Part shown: piece by piece, positions 12,955 to 26,750 of the stretch
How positions within the stretch are numbered: the first letter of the stretch is position 1
Layout: every line of letters starts with the position of its first letter
DNA from: Harriotta raleighana
Lineage: Eukaryota
Length of the DNA: 64,000 nucleotides
Assembly (NCBI GenBank): GCA_050575255.1
Contig: JBNZDD010013728.1
Coordinates: 477,510 to 541,509 of the forward strand
Reading direction: 5' to 3'
Notes under the pieces: model-generated
What the model saw: only the letters and a program-made list of their open reading frames with translations
Told to the model about the DNA's origin: nothing
Databases searched by the model: none
Position numbers and translations under genes: made by a program

Positions 12955-13570
12955 TCCTCCTCCCCCCCATTTCCCTCCATCCTCCTCATCCCTGACCCCA
13001 GCTCGACCCCAAACAATGACTGTTGGGACGTCTTCCTGACAGGAAAGGCGCTATACAAGTGTAATTTTGTTGTTGTTGTTGTATGCTCAGTTCAGTTAAT
13101 ATTATTCTTGCTTCAGGTTAAGTAAGTTGAGGGTTGTCAGACAAGCCATCCTTCAATTGAAATGGTAGACTGAAGTCCCACCTGCTCATAAGTAGATGAT
13201 AGCCTCAAATAAACAGTATCCAGTCTTCTCTGTAAAATTCTGTGAAGCACTTGGAGATATCTTGACTCTGTGTCAGGACATCTCTAAGTGATTCTGTGCT
13301 ATATCAAAAGCTAGGATTATATTATTATGTTAAGGTCCCATGACACTGTTTGAAAAGAGACAGGAGATTCTCCCAATGTCCTGGCCAACAATCCTCCAGA
13401 TAAAATTCATTCTCTTCATACTTGCTTGAGGGACAGTCCTGGGTAGAAATTTGCTGCCCCTTTCACCTACAAAATACACAGTCATTGCACTTTACAGAAC
13501 TATATGAAGCACTTCAAGACTTCTTCCAAGTTATGGACATTATATCAGAAGCAATGATCAATATTTATAT
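12955..13570 (+). mobile_element. L2 3' tail followed by Deu-SINE and SINE tail fragments
   Basis: gggacgtcttcctgacaggaaaggcgctatacaagtgtaattt(ttg)n to 13081, then gttaaggtcccatgacactgtttgaaaagagacaggagattctcccaatgtcctggccaaca. Confidence 0.75.
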
Positions 13571-14494
13571 TGTAAAGAGATACACCCCCTCCCCCATCCC
13601 GCCACATTTGTTTCAAAATTTAATATAGATATTAAAGTAACAGTTTGTGTTGGGATTTATCTGCAGCAACTCAGGGAAATGTCACTGGTAAATGGCAGAA
13701 CGCTATCTATTTCTTGACCCTATTGTATTATTCAAGAATCAGCTGAAACTTATTTCATGTTGGATTTGTTTAAATGGCATTGTCGGTGTGAACATCAATG
13801 TGCATTCATAGCCTGGACGTCAATGATAAGCCACTGCTATACAAATATTTAAGATCACCATATTAAGAGTTGAATATATATAAGTATACAGGATATGCAA
13901 GCAGTTTGGGATGCCACCTGGCTTGGTGGGGGCTATATAAATGCAAGTTGTTGTTATGGTTGCTATATAAAATTGAAAGTTGTCAAATAGTGGTTTCNGG
14001 ACTGTAGGCCCTTTAGCCGCACATTTGAGGAAATGTGAACTATGCATCTCAAAACATTCATTAGAGAATAGCATGCAACCTTATCTTCATTGTTCACAAA
14101 TCTTTGCCAAAATAGGGTTGTGTAGGATCCAACGTTAAAGTTAAATAAAATGTTCAGAAATCTGACATTTTTAACCACAGAGAAGGAGACAGGAGATAAA
14201 CCTGGCCATTACTTAGCTGGTGGAATTGAAATGATCCCATTTTATCAAGGTATCCTCATTAGTAATCGACATGGTATTGATTTAGATACATTGAAGGTCT
14301 GTGTTTAATTCACCTCAGAGCAATTCAGACCCAACAAATGTTATTAATCCGAAGATGAGCTGTATTAATTGAATAGGAGTAATAATAAATAGTAAACAAA
14401 GTTACTTTTGTTTTCTTTTATATAGAATTTTATAAAACTGCTTAAAAGAGAAGTGCTCCATCACCATGTTGGTTACTAGTTACATGCTGGATCG

Positions 14495-14693
14495 CTTTTC
14501 CTGGGGTAATAAGTTATTTGAAAAAATAATAATAATTTGGTCACTCAATCCACGACTGTTTGTGAGACACTACTGTGCACAATTGGCTGCCAAGTTTTGC
14601 CCACAAAATATAGTCAATTCACTTTACAGTATATTCTGTGAAGTGCTTTGAGATCTCTCAAAGACATATATCAAATGCAAGGATTATTATTAT
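14495..14693 (+). mobile_element. SINE2_CM-like 3' half
   Basis: ggtcactcaatccacgactgtttgtg...caattggctgc...cagtatattctgtgaagtgctttgag...atcaaatgcaaggattattattat. Confidence 0.85.
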
Positions 14694-16159
14694 CTTGGCA
14701 TGTTGATAGGCTGGATATGTTGAACCCGCATGCTCTGGATTCCTGCAGTTTGACCTACGTCCCATGACAGCACGAGCTACACTGACAAACCATGATAATG
14801 TCTACACTCTACAAACACACCTGAGTCAGTATTAAATGCGAAGGGCTTCAAAACAAAACTTCCTTTTTTTAAAAAAAAGCCAATTTGAATGCAAATTGAA
14901 AAGGCCAACTTGAATACAAANGCACTCTACAAACACACCTGAGTCAGTATTAAATGCGAAGGGCTTCAAAACAAAACTTCCTTTTTTTAAAAAAAAAAGC
15001 CAATTTGAATGCAAATTGAAAAGGCCAACTTGAATACAAATAGTATTATACAGCTATTGTCAATGCTGCTTGCTTGAATATTAATTGATGTTCATTGCGT
15101 TATCCTATTGTAGAGAAGGGTAATATATGTAAAATCAATTAATGGAAGTTATTTCTCCATTTTCGGTAATTTTACTGGCCTCTTCAGGTGTGTGCTTGTG
15201 TCATTGGAAGTGCACACTGTCAAAACCCATTGGCATATCTTTTGTGATCCAATTTAATTTAATCTGTGATGGCTTCCATTTCCTTTGCCGCTGTTAGTGA
15301 CATTTCCAAATCTAGAATGCATACAATTCATGGCTGTTTTTGAGACATTGCTGAGTGGAAATAGGTTGCCACGCTCATCTACAAACCCAGTCACTGCAAT
15401 TGATAGTATATCCTTTGAAGCACTTGGGGATGGCCTCCCAAAATGAAATGCACGGTACCAAATTTAAGATTCTTTATTATTATACCAAGTTCAAAGGTAT
15501 TATTTACAACTATATTAATAGCAAACTCTTAAAGAGCAGAGAGTTAATGTTGCAAGGTGTGATGTGGCGATCTGTAGTAATTATCATCAGAAATGGCAAT
15601 GGAATAATCCTGGGCTCCTCACCCCAAACTTCAGCACAATGTTTGAGTCCAAACCTGCTGCTAGAGTTGCTGGCTGTTTTGCTTGATATCAGCCGTCATC
15701 CTGGAAACCATTACCTCCAATGATGGCATTGGGCTGCAGGCCCAACCAATGTGCCAGAGTTAGGGTGAGAGTGCCATCCAGGCAATCAGTAATTATTGAC
15801 TGCATTATGTGATGATGTATTAATTATTACTGATGCTTCACTGCAATTTTAAGATGATGTGATAATTATTACGTGCTGATTATTGCATCAAACCTGGTGA
15901 TTTTCAGCCCTGAAAATCCAGAATACAAATCCAGAATACATCAAAGAAATAGTTTTACTGGCTACAAATACAATTCACCTCAGGGCGTTGAAGAGGCTAT
16001 GAGCAGTTGGGGTAAGGACCCTCAGGTGTTAGTCTTGGGATCCAATATGGAAAGTAGTTAGCGTAAGAGCAATAAACCCAAATATCTGTACAATGGTTCG
16101 GTCATATATCAGGCTAATCAGGAAACAGAATGTAGGGTTATTTTGGTCAGATCAATGAG

Positions 16160-16880
16160 GCCACAAACCTTGTGTTTTGTGGCTATATAAAAAAGACAAA
16201 TAAGGCAGTAGGTTGAACGGTAATATTAACAGGAATGAATATAAATCAAAAGAGTATATATTTTTTATTGTAAGGAATGAATCAAACTTCATCTAAAGAA
16301 CTGTATGCAGTTTTGGCTACCTTTTGGAATGATACAAATCCTAAACCTTGCATTTGATATAGCGTCTTTCACATTGGGAAGGTTCTCATACAAGATAAAC
16401 TATAAAGTAGAGCATATTTTGCAGACAAACACATTTATTTTCCTTGAGAAGGTAAAGAGATGATGATCAGGAAGATTTCAGGTCTTGGGAATCTGAGTCA
16501 TAAAGAAACTAAAATAAATTGGGCTTTTTCTCTTTTCAAAAGGGTGTGTGAGGTTATCTGATAGAAGTTTTCACAAATTATAAAGGATTGAAATTAATGA
16601 TCTCAGCCAATTTGTTGATTTGAAAAACCAAACAGGATACTGGTTGAACATTAGGAAGTTAGGAATATGAGGGGAAGTGAGGCAGAACTTTTCTTTTTAC
16701 ACAAAGGGTAATAGACTCGTAGAATCGGTTACCAGGGAAGTCAATAGTAAATACTATAAACAACTTCACGAGGCAACTAAATGTGATTCTGGAGGGGCTT
16801 AGAGATGTGATGATAGGCAGTTACCCGCATGATCACAAAGGACGGGCTTGTTGGGGTTAATGCTCTTTGTTATCCTTAAA
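16160..16880 (+). mobile_element. Old degraded CR1 ORF2 3' fragment
   Basis: Remnants of the LEYCVQFW (ctaaagaactgtatgcagttttgg), DLIEVFKI (atctgatagaagttttcacaaatt) and FFTQRV (ttttacacaaagggtaat) coding motifs. Confidence 0.7.
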
Positions 16881-19800
16881 GATTCTTAATCACTTAGCAC
16901 ATGGATCCAGGCAATTTTAAAAGGAACTAGTAGAAAAGTACTACTTCAGCATAATCACTGAGTGTGTTCTGTTCATTTATGTACATAATTTATTTAGATA
17001 CTAAAAATAGAATGGAAGACAGAGGCTTGGCATTGCACCTGCACTTCCCAAGAGCTAGAACAGGGAAGGTCTTTGAGAGACCTCCAAAGGAGACTACACA
17101 TTTTACGAGGCCATGCCTACTAAATGAATCTGCAATTTCAGAAAACGAGTGATAATATATGTGGAATAGTAAAATAGCTAACCTTCCAGTGTTTGTCTCG
17201 ATATCAGAGACAGTTAAGCCCTTCAGCTGTTTATTTGCTTTGTGGTACCAACTTCATTATATTTATATTATTTCTTAGTGCAAAGCTTGACTGACAAGGA
17301 TTGTTTAAAATCAACCAAGAAAAGTTTGCCTTACAGATATTTTCATTTTATTTCCAACTTTCTCCACGGTACAGCCAGTGTAAAGGCGTAAATGGTATTG
17401 CACAAACATGCTTTGTTTTAGTAGAAACCTTACTGAGTTACATACACATTCTTGAAGGGTTGGGGAAGGGTAGACTAATTGAGCTGATTTAAATACTGTA
17501 GTGTCCAATGCAATTGTGCTTAGGACTACTGATTCACCGAATTGTTTTATAACCACTTAGTGTGGGAGTCTTGTTGCAGACAGCAGTTCTGATTGAATGG
17601 TGCCTGAGGTGCATTTCTTAAAGCTGTAGTGCACCTGTTCTATGAGATGCAGGGGGCTGTTTGGAAACTGTCACAAGTGTATTCTAGTGAAATTTATACC
17701 ACCATGATTCTACTGCTAACCTGAAATAGTCTTCCTGGCATTTGGCACCTTCAATGATGGCATTTTTTATGACAAGGCTGAGCAGGGTTAAAGAGGATTT
17801 GTGAGGATATCGGATAGCTGACAGTTGTGAAATAGAGCCTTTTTAGGCCAGCACAAAGGGATACTGTTTGCCTTCATTATTTAATCGCAAAGTGACAATT
17901 TTAAAATGATATTCTCTTTGAAATACTTTAAAGCAGAACTGGCTTGGTTTCAACAGGTAAACGTTTCTTGACACAGATCTATTACTCATTTTAGGAGAGA
18001 TTCTTGTCCCATCTTCCACAGTAGAATTGTTTCTAATAATATATCATTTGTACCCATCTGATATGTTCATTCTTATAAATATCCTTCTCCCTCCTCTCTT
18101 ACCCAACAATAAAAGGGAAAAATTCAAAAGAATAAGGCACATAATGTTCACAACTGAAATTGTGCTAAAATATCTGGAGTTGTTATGGCCTTAGAAAGCA
18201 TCAGCCGACAAAAATAACAAGTCACAAGGCTGAGGACAGATCGTAACGCTTCTCCTTTGCCCCAGGCTGCACATGCCTAGTGAGTCCCACCGCGGTACTG
18301 AGAAGCAAAGCAACGTTCCCTAGCAGAAGGATCCAGTAAAATAAGGCCTGTGTTTGATGTATGAGCTGTGGCTTGCCATTGTGAGTCACCCTAGAATTAG
18401 CTGGAGGCAAAACAAAAATCTTTTGTGATTAATTAGAAAAAACTGGACAATTATGAATTGAGTGCACAATGCAAGTGTATGGAAATATAAATAGTAATGA
18501 AGCTGGCACACAGTGTTGTGCAGAGCGTATATATATATGCATGCAAGAGCCATCATGCTGGTTGTTTTTGGAAATGGATGTAAAAGTGGATAGACTGAAA
18601 ACCTCCGGCCTGCCTACATTTTTAAACATGCTGAAGTATTTTGTAATCAATTTCTACTACATTCTTTTTCCTCCCAAAATGAGGTTTCTCCTTATCTTGT
18701 GAGCCACCCATCCAAGTGTCCAGTGCTACAACCCACTGTTTGTGCTGTGCTGAGTGCCCCCACATTGTTTTCTATTATTATTCAAGATGTGATGCCTGAG
18801 CAGTAAAACCATTGACCATTCAATCAGTGGAGTAGCTGCTGATAATTAAAAGTTCCCAACCCCTGGCCTGAGGCCAGGCTAGAGCCAGTCAGTGAGGAGC
18901 CAGGCCAGAGCTGCTCAGAGACCAATCGATCAGCTTATTAACCCTCATTACTGATTGGTCAGAGCTGATTGCCTCCGCAGTAAAGAAATCATCTCTGGCC
19001 TGAAGGCACTTGACGGGAACTGCACGTCCAATAATAGCCAAAGAAACCATCTTTTTGACAATTAGTCCTATTGCACAAGTCAAGACGGAGGAAAGCTTCC
19101 CAAATGAAGGTTTGCCAGCCAGCTTCACTTTTATGAGCTGGCTCACTGCTTGTTTGTGCTGCGCTCAATTATTTAAGCAAAGCAGTTCTGCGGGCGCCTC
19201 GCATCCTTTTCATAAAGCAGGGTTTGTTCCACGATTTTGAAAGAAACGCAAGTGCTTTCAACACCAACACGGAGCAAAGCTGGAGCAAGTGTTGGTGCTG
19301 GCCTTATTGCCAACCAAGAACTCCATAAATGAAGAGGAGTTATTTATTCCTTTAAAGACAATTTCTGGCTTCCACTAGTCGCATTATTCAGCAAAATAGG
19401 ATATTTCGTCCTCAGACACCAAATACCACAATGTTTTATCTCACAAAATTTCCTTGAACAAAAGAGTTTAGGAAAATAAAATCATATTCACGGACCTCTA
19501 CCAGGCAAAACACATGCTCTGAAGAATTTCTCAGCCTCTGAGTCTTAAAACATTGTTTTTAAAAATTTAAGACTGATGAATTCTGAAACATTCTTGAATT
19601 CAGTATCAATTTTGAAGCTGTTTATTTTTAAGTCCTTTAGAAAAGCTACTTCCAAATACAGTTGTTATCCCCCCCAAAATGATTGATTTCAATTGATCAT
19701 ATATATTAGACCTCAGAAGTGTTACTACTGATTTTATGAAATGTTCTCTTACCACCTAGCCTCCCGCCACCACACACTTCACATTGCTCACTGATTGTTT

Positions 19801-20559
19801 GATTTGCACCCAAAACAAATCCTGTGTTTATTGCTCAAGCCACTGGGGTGTTCCCATGTGATGTGGGGATAGGTGATGGTTTGTAATGTGTGATGTTAAA
19901 TGACGATATGTAAATCCTTTCTATGGAAACTCCACCCTGCTTAATGTAACCAACATTCCTTTCTAAGAGAGAAAAAGGATCAACAAGCAAGAGCCTGCAT
20001 GCGTGACAAAAGTGTAATGTTAAGGGTGGAACCTATCAATACACACACATTCATAGAACATTTCCGCTGCAAATGTCTGCCTCCCTTTCACAGTCAGAGA
20101 AAGATACTTTACCCCACGCTCTTGATTACTGCAAACTGTCCCATTTAATGAGCATGACTCATGTGAAGGTGTTACCATAAATCATCATCTGGTTTACAAA
20201 CTCAATAACTAGGCTTCCTGATAAAAGTATGCAGAGCACACCTTAAATTATTAACAAGTTAAAGCCTAAAGGCAGATCTTTGATGATGATATAAACACTG
20301 CAAGGACAAGGTGCTCTCTCAGCAAATGATTATATTGACTCTAATTACCATTTACCATCCTGTGTAAGAAGACGTTTAAACAGAGAAAGAAGAAAGCAGC
20401 TGCTCATTTTTATATGTAATTGTAAAACTTTTCCCACTTCAGAGTGATTATTTTACCGGTGTCAGAATTTTAAAGTTAAGGTTCAAACATTTTACCTTTT
20501 TTGGAAAAAAATCCAATGCCATTTTTAAATGAGTATATATATAGTATATATCTTTGGGT

Positions 20560-20780
20560 GTAAGGTTCAGATTGCCTGATCAGATGGACATGAAAGATCC
20601 CATGGCTTATTCAAAAAGAGAAGGGAGTTTCTCCTGTTGTCCTGCAGAACAATCTCCCAAATAAAATTGATTATTCAACTCTTGGCTGTTTGTGGTGCAT
20701 TTGCTCTGATCAATTTGATTGATGTATTCACTTATCAACCAATACAGTCACTATACTTTACAGAAATCTCTTTGAAACAC
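20560..20780 (+). mobile_element. Deu-domain SINE fragment
   Basis: cagatggacatgaaagatcccatggc...aagagaagggagtttctcctg. Confidence 0.7.
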
Positions 20781-22129
20781 TTATTTTACATTTCACTTTT
20801 TTTTAACCCAAGTACACTATTGAGTGCTGCAGGAAGCTCCTGATAATAAGCCCTGTCTTATATCATCATATGGCTTATATCATCACACTGTTAATATCCC
20901 GGCTGCTTCCCAATGCGAGATGTGAACAAGGAACCCACCTTTTAGTTTAATTACTTGTTTATAATGTATAAAGTTGTATTTTATATGTAACAGTGAGTAA
21001 AAACATTGGATGTACCTGCAGTACTTAGCCAGCTGTGCCACATGCCGGGGCTGACCAGTGAACTTTGCTGGCGTGGAAGCACAGGACAATGTATATTATC
21101 TGCCTCTGACTATTCCAGACTATTTATTCCAAGTATATAGAGATAATTCCAGCACCTTGCTAATTACTTTTTAAATATCTGATTTGCAGTAGATTTGTGG
21201 CTTTCAGTTGTATTACTCCAATTGTATTTCTCAAATGAGAGAATATTTGTATTCATAGAATGACGGGGGAGGTGGCTAAAGTGAATCTGGACTCGTATAA
21301 AATACATCACCTTGCAAATTGTGCATTTCTAGGATGGATGAGTAATATCTGATGGTCTGACATGTTTTATCATGTTGAAAATACAGTCCTGTACAATATA
21401 TTTTGTTGTATCCAATTGGTTTATTACGTAAAGATGTTTGGTGTTCAGATATAACCTGGAAATACAGTACGCATGTTCTTTAATACACCACATCTCCTGA
21501 AAAGGGCATAGTTTCCAAGAGAGTATCAACAATAAGTGATAGGAAAGAAAATAAATGTATTTACGGACACACTGCCTATATATACATTAAGTTATACAGT
21601 ATTTTATTTAAATGGGTTTTAACTAATAAACTGACAGTTGTGGGGCCTGGGGCTCAGTCATATTGACAGCTGCTTACTCAGCCCAGGCACAGTGTGTGTT
21701 GGTGTAGGTCCTCCGAGCCCCAGCACCCCCTAATGGCCCTGGAGAATACACGCGTACATAGTCACCCTGGATATAAAGTCACTGAGCTATTTCCAACAAC
21801 AACAAATTGCATTTATATAGCACGCTCCATGGCGGGTGGCAACTCAGAATGGTTTCCCTTAGAGTGACATTATATCAGGATTTTCCGTATATCAAATGGA
21901 AGATTACTGTTATCAAAAGTTTGAGAATTTGTGACTTTTGTTAATGGGAATTCGTAATTTGTATTAGAATTCTTGCTGATCCATGAGAAGTCCACTCTGG
22001 AAGGTTGATTTCCTATAGGTTGGTGTGAAGTACTTAATAATAATAATTCAGTGCTAATAATCCTTTCATTTGATATTCCCCGTTTGCTTGCCTTCTGTGT
22101 CAGCCTTCTCACATCTCTGATCCAGAAGC

Positions 22130-22715
22130 TGGTAGGTCCAAACTCATGTTGGGAGTCGTAAACACACAGACTACGATGACACTCCAAAGCAATGCTGGGG
22201 TGGGAATGGGTGGGGCGGTGGGGGGGGGGGGTTACGGGGTGGGGTGGAGGGGGTGTTGCATTGTCAAAGATGTCATTCTTCAAAAGAGATCTTAAACCTT
22301 AAAGGTAGATGTTAAAGGACCAATGAAAATATTTGAAAAAGACGTACTGGCCAATAAATCCTTCAAATAAAATTGGTTATTCACTCCATGGCTGTTTGTG
22401 GAACATTGCTGTGTATAACGTCCTACTGATGTTCACTGATAAAATACAGTATATTCTGTGTATTACAGTATGTTCTGTGAAGCTCGTTGAGACGTCTAGA
22501 AAACATTCAAAGAGGTATATCAAATGCAAGGATTATTTTCCTTTTTACAGTATTTCCTGTGAAGCATTTTGAGATGTCTCGATGATGTGATACTACAACA
22601 ACAACAACAAAATTACACTTGTATAGCGCCTTTCACGTCGGGAGGAAGTCCCAAAGCGCTGAACAATCAGATCAAGTAATAAGGTGTCTATCAAATGCAA
22701 AAATTATTAGTATTA
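22130..22715 (+). mobile_element. Cluster of a Deu-SINE, SINE tails and an L2 tail, containing a G-rich tract
   Basis: cagaagctggtaggtccaaac head, gatgttaaaggac core, atcaaatgcaaggattatt tails. An inverted L2 tail occupies 22596-22672. Confidence 0.65.
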
Positions 22716-22788
22716 TTAAATTCCTCATTAAGGGATCCCATTAAAGTAAATTACAAATGAGACAGGATCTTGTAACTTGGCATAGATT

Positions 22789-23690
22789 CAACAACAACAA
22801 GAACTTGCATTTATATAGTGCCCTTCATATCCCACAGCACTTGACAGTGGTGGAGTCTGACTCTGAGCCAGGAGAAGACGGACAGGAGAGGTGACCATCA
22901 GTATGATTAAAAAGAAAGGTCTTTGGTTGGGATTTGAATGTGGGTAGAGTAGGGGCAAATTGGAGGGAATGAGGGAAACTGTTCCAGAATTTGGGGCTTA
23001 GTGGCCGAAAACACGGCTGCCGACTGTGGAGCGGAGTGGACGATGGGCAAACAGGAGGCTGGAACCAGCTGAGCGGAGGATAGTGGCGTAGAGGGGTTAA
23101 GCAGATTGGGTAGTAAGGAGGTGCATGGTCATGAAGGGATTTGAAAATAAGTAAGGAGATCTTGAAGTTGAACCGTTTGGTAATTGGGAGCGAATGAGCC
23201 TGGCAAGCATGATGGGGGTACGGAGTTTTATGCAGTTGATGTCCGGTGGGAGGAGTTTTGAATTAATTGAATTTTGTGCATGGTGGAAATGGGGAGACCA
23301 GTGAGGAGGGCATTTGAAAAGTCTAGCCGGAAGGTGACAAAGGCGAGGGTGAAGGATTTGTCTGCTTTGGGTGTGGACGGATACGGGCAACGTGGCAGAG
23401 ATGGAAAAAAGCGGTCCTGGTCAAGGAACAGATGAAGGGGAGAAAGGAAAGCTGGTGATTGAAATTGAAACCTAAGTTGCACACGGGTTCAGTGAGTCTG
23501 AGGAAGAGCCCGGGGAGGTTTAGATGTTCAGACCCGTAGGAAGGAATACGTTGATGGGAGCCAATGAGTATGGCTTCCATCTTGCCGGGGTTAAACCGCA
23601 GGAAATTTTCGGCAGGCTCGTTGACAGAACATCAGCAGACTGGGCGTCATACCTGGGAGAGGAGAACAATTAGATTTGGGTGTCAAGGAG
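22789..23690 (-). mobile_element. L2 LINE 3' fragment
   Basis: (CAA)n tail. Minus ORFs give MEAILIGS.., NLGFNFNHQLSF.., LAFVTFRLDFSNALLTGLP. Confidence 0.9.
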
Positions 23691-24149
23691 AGAAAATACC
23701 AGCAGAAGCGACAGCCAAAAAAGGGTTGGGAAACAATTACAAATTTGACTATTACACAAATGACGTGCTTATAATCTGAATATTTTTAGCAGTGTTGAAT
23801 CATGGGATTATCATATTGCTTATATAAAAACTATTTGCATATATATAGCACCCCTCATAGAGGGTAATGTCCCAGAGCTCTAAACAATGGGAGCACAATG
23901 TCGAGCCTTGGGGAGGTAGGTGACTGTAGGCAACGATAGGAAAAATTATATCTTTCTGTTTTCCTCTATCATTCTGAATTTGTTGCATCTCTCTCCCACT
24001 CCCTGAAAAAACTGGCAAGCAATTGAGATGATTTGAGTTCTGGTGAAGAGCATGCCACCCAAAGTGGTGTCTTTGGCCACAATGACACCACCTTAAACTG
24101 GAATGTGCTTTCCTTTGTTGTTGATCTGTTCAACTGTGTCTATCCCATT

Positions 24150-24720
24150 TATCCCATTCACAGCTAATCCTCATTACCTCTCCATCATGACCCATCCCCA
24201 CCATACACTTTCGACCCTATCTCTCTCTTCCCTCACTGCTATCATCTCCAAACTGAAACTGACTAGCTTGTCCTCCTCGACCTCTCTGATGCCGTTGATA
24301 CCGTTGAGCATTCCACCCTCTTACACTGCCTCTCCTCTCAGATCAATCTTCGTGGAACTGTCCTTGCCTGGTTTGATTCCTACCTCTCACACTGTCTCCA
24401 CTTTATCACCACTAATGGGTTCTCCTCCAGCCCCCGCACAATCTCGTGCAGGGTGCCCAAGGGCTCTGTCGTTCGCCCTCTCCTTTTCAATAATTATTTT
24501 TCAAAATTCCTCCGCTTCACCCCCTACCTAGCCTCCTCCAATTCTCACCTCAACACCCTCCTCTTCGTCTGTGCCATCTGTCACTCCCTTCCGCTCTCTT
24601 CACTCTACCCTCTTCGATCCCGACCCCAGCTTGGATCTGAAAAACTGAACGTCCACAGTGCTTTGGGATGTCCTCCTGACTTGAAATGCACTATATAAAT
24701 GTAATTTTGTTGTTGTTGTT
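24150..24720 (+). mobile_element. Internally deleted L2 (RT core fragment fused to 3'UTR and tail)
   Basis: About 24266-24490 translates as LVLLDLSDAVDTVEH..GTVLAWFDSYLS..VPKGSVVRPLLF (RT motifs LDLSAAFDT and GVPQGSVLGPLLF), followed by a C-rich UTR and (TTG)n. Confidence 0.85.
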
Positions 24721-24929
24721 ATCCGAGTAGGGTAATTGAAGCACTCTTTTCTGCCCCAGATAGGCCAAAGAAGAGACCTCTCTGCGTGTAACAACATCAG
24801 GAAAATGTGCCTTGGAAACATCTTCACATGTAGATTTTGTGTATTTGCAGACACAGCAGCTGAAAATTTGAGTAAAGAAATATTGCACAACAGCTATGAT
24901 GTCAACATTCAATTTATCTGAAGAATTGT

Positions 24930-25262
24930 TATAATAACCATTGCATTTGATATAGTGCTTTTCACATCTTCTGGACATCCCAAAGTGCTTCATAGAATAT
25001 ACTGTAAAGTGAATTGACTATATATGTGGGTGAAACGAAGTGCTATATAAATCCAAGTTGTTGTTGTTGAAACAAGGCAGACAAATGCGTACAGCCGTGT
25101 CCCACATGCAGTTGTGGATTGAAAGCGACCAATTTTTTTTTGAGGGATTATTATCAGGAGTGTGTAGTAATGAAACTTGCCCAAGATTTTACCCTGCAGG
25201 TAATCAAACCCAGGTCTCTTGCTTGCTGGGCGCGTGCTCTAACCACGAACCTACAGGACTCC
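24930..25262 (-). mobile_element. SINE2_CM-like, near full length
   Basis: The head (reverse complement) ends ...ctctaaccacgaacctacaggactcc; tail ttgcatttgatatagtgctttt. Confidence 0.88.
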
Positions 25263-25289
25263 ACATTGTTGGTCAATCACTAAGAGAAG

Positions 25290-25490
25290 CTCCCTCCACT
25301 TTTTCAATATTACGATGGGATCTTTGTTCCAAACGAGAAGGTAAACGAGGACAGCATTTTAATGTTTCAACTGAAAGACATGCCTCAGACATTGTAACAT
25401 TCAAACAAGACTGCTTTGGTGTGTCAGCCAAAACTGTGAGTTCAAAGTCCCATTACCTATTGACACAGAGGTGAGAGAGTGCTACTAACC
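25290..25490 (-). mobile_element. Deu-domain SINE 5' part
   Basis: atgggatcttt...tttaatgtttcaactgaaagac...gacacagaggtgagagagtgctactaac. Confidence 0.65.
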
Positions 25491-26750
25491 TATTTATAAT
25501 ATTACATTGTGATGCTGTAATGATGTCCATAATAGCTCATATAGTGTTCTTTACTGATTATATAATAATAAATGGCTCCTTTTAATTTTGGCTTGGCGTT
25601 ACTACTAAAATTATTCCAATGCAACACCTCTTTTATTAATTATGAATTTGATGAATCATCAAGGTGAGGGATGTCAGAGCTGTAAATGTAACCCTTCCCC
25701 ATTTTAGACACTCAGTGTCAGCATCAACCACTCCCACGTCAGATATTGCAGGTTTACTGCCAATTTGTGACAGATTGTGGGCAGTTTTGCCTTGTGGGCT
25801 ACTAGGAATTGGGTTGACTTTGCGCAAACTAATTGCACATAAAACCGTTAAAGTCAATGGAGAGAGAAAGAGAAGTGAAAGAGAGAATAATCAAACTTTT
25901 CTCATGCAGTATGAACTCTGGGCTGAATTAAAACCTAATTTCTTTAGGTGAAATGACAAAATTCTAATCCACGCCACCATCTAGTAACCCAAGATTGTAC
26001 ATTTTGTGAATACTTTATTATTTTTATTGTTTTTACCATATGATTTCTCAAGAATCTGAATCTTTAAAATAATAATAATAATATATCCTTGTATTTGACA
26101 TAACACTTTACACATTGAGAGAAAATTACATGATTTTCTATAAATGATGATAATCCTTGCATTTGATAGGCAAGGCTAATCCTTATTGTGTCATTCAAGT
26201 GTATTGACTGTGAATTTTGTAGGCAGACGCAACCCCTCATCAAATTGTTTGCACGTGTGTGAATGACTAACATTTGTTATTTGTGTCATTTACAGATAGA
26301 TTGAAAAATGGGCGGAACAGGGTTAGTAATAATAATCCTTGCATTTCCTTGCGCCTTATCACACCATTGAGACGTCTCAAAGTGTTTCACAAAATAGATT
26401 GTAAAGTGATAATAATAATATATAATAACAGCTGTTTATTAAAGTTTGATAACAATCATGAAATTGTGAAATGGCAGAAAAAGCTTCCTTCATGTAGAAT
26501 CCACCAGATGTTGATGATATGTCATCCTTCAGATGAGATGTTAAAACATGGTTCCTTCTGTCCGTTCAGGTGGACATTAAAGATCTCATGGAACTTGTCA
26601 AAAAGTGAAGGGAGTTTCTCCCTGGTCCTGGTTGGCAATCCCCCAATTAAAGTTGGTTGTTCACTTCATGGCTGTTTGAGTGTCTTTGCAATATTTGGCT
26701 GCTGTGCTTCCCTGCAAAATGCACAGTCACTGCATTTATTGAATATGATA

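Noticed and set aside
19567-19600. Second hammerhead-like motif CTGATGA-attct-GAAAC
   Set aside because: No stem II, and no U-H cleavage site in register with the possible stem I.
22197-22255. G-quadruplex-capable tract
   Set aside because: A low-complexity G expansion inside a decayed SINE with no sign of function.
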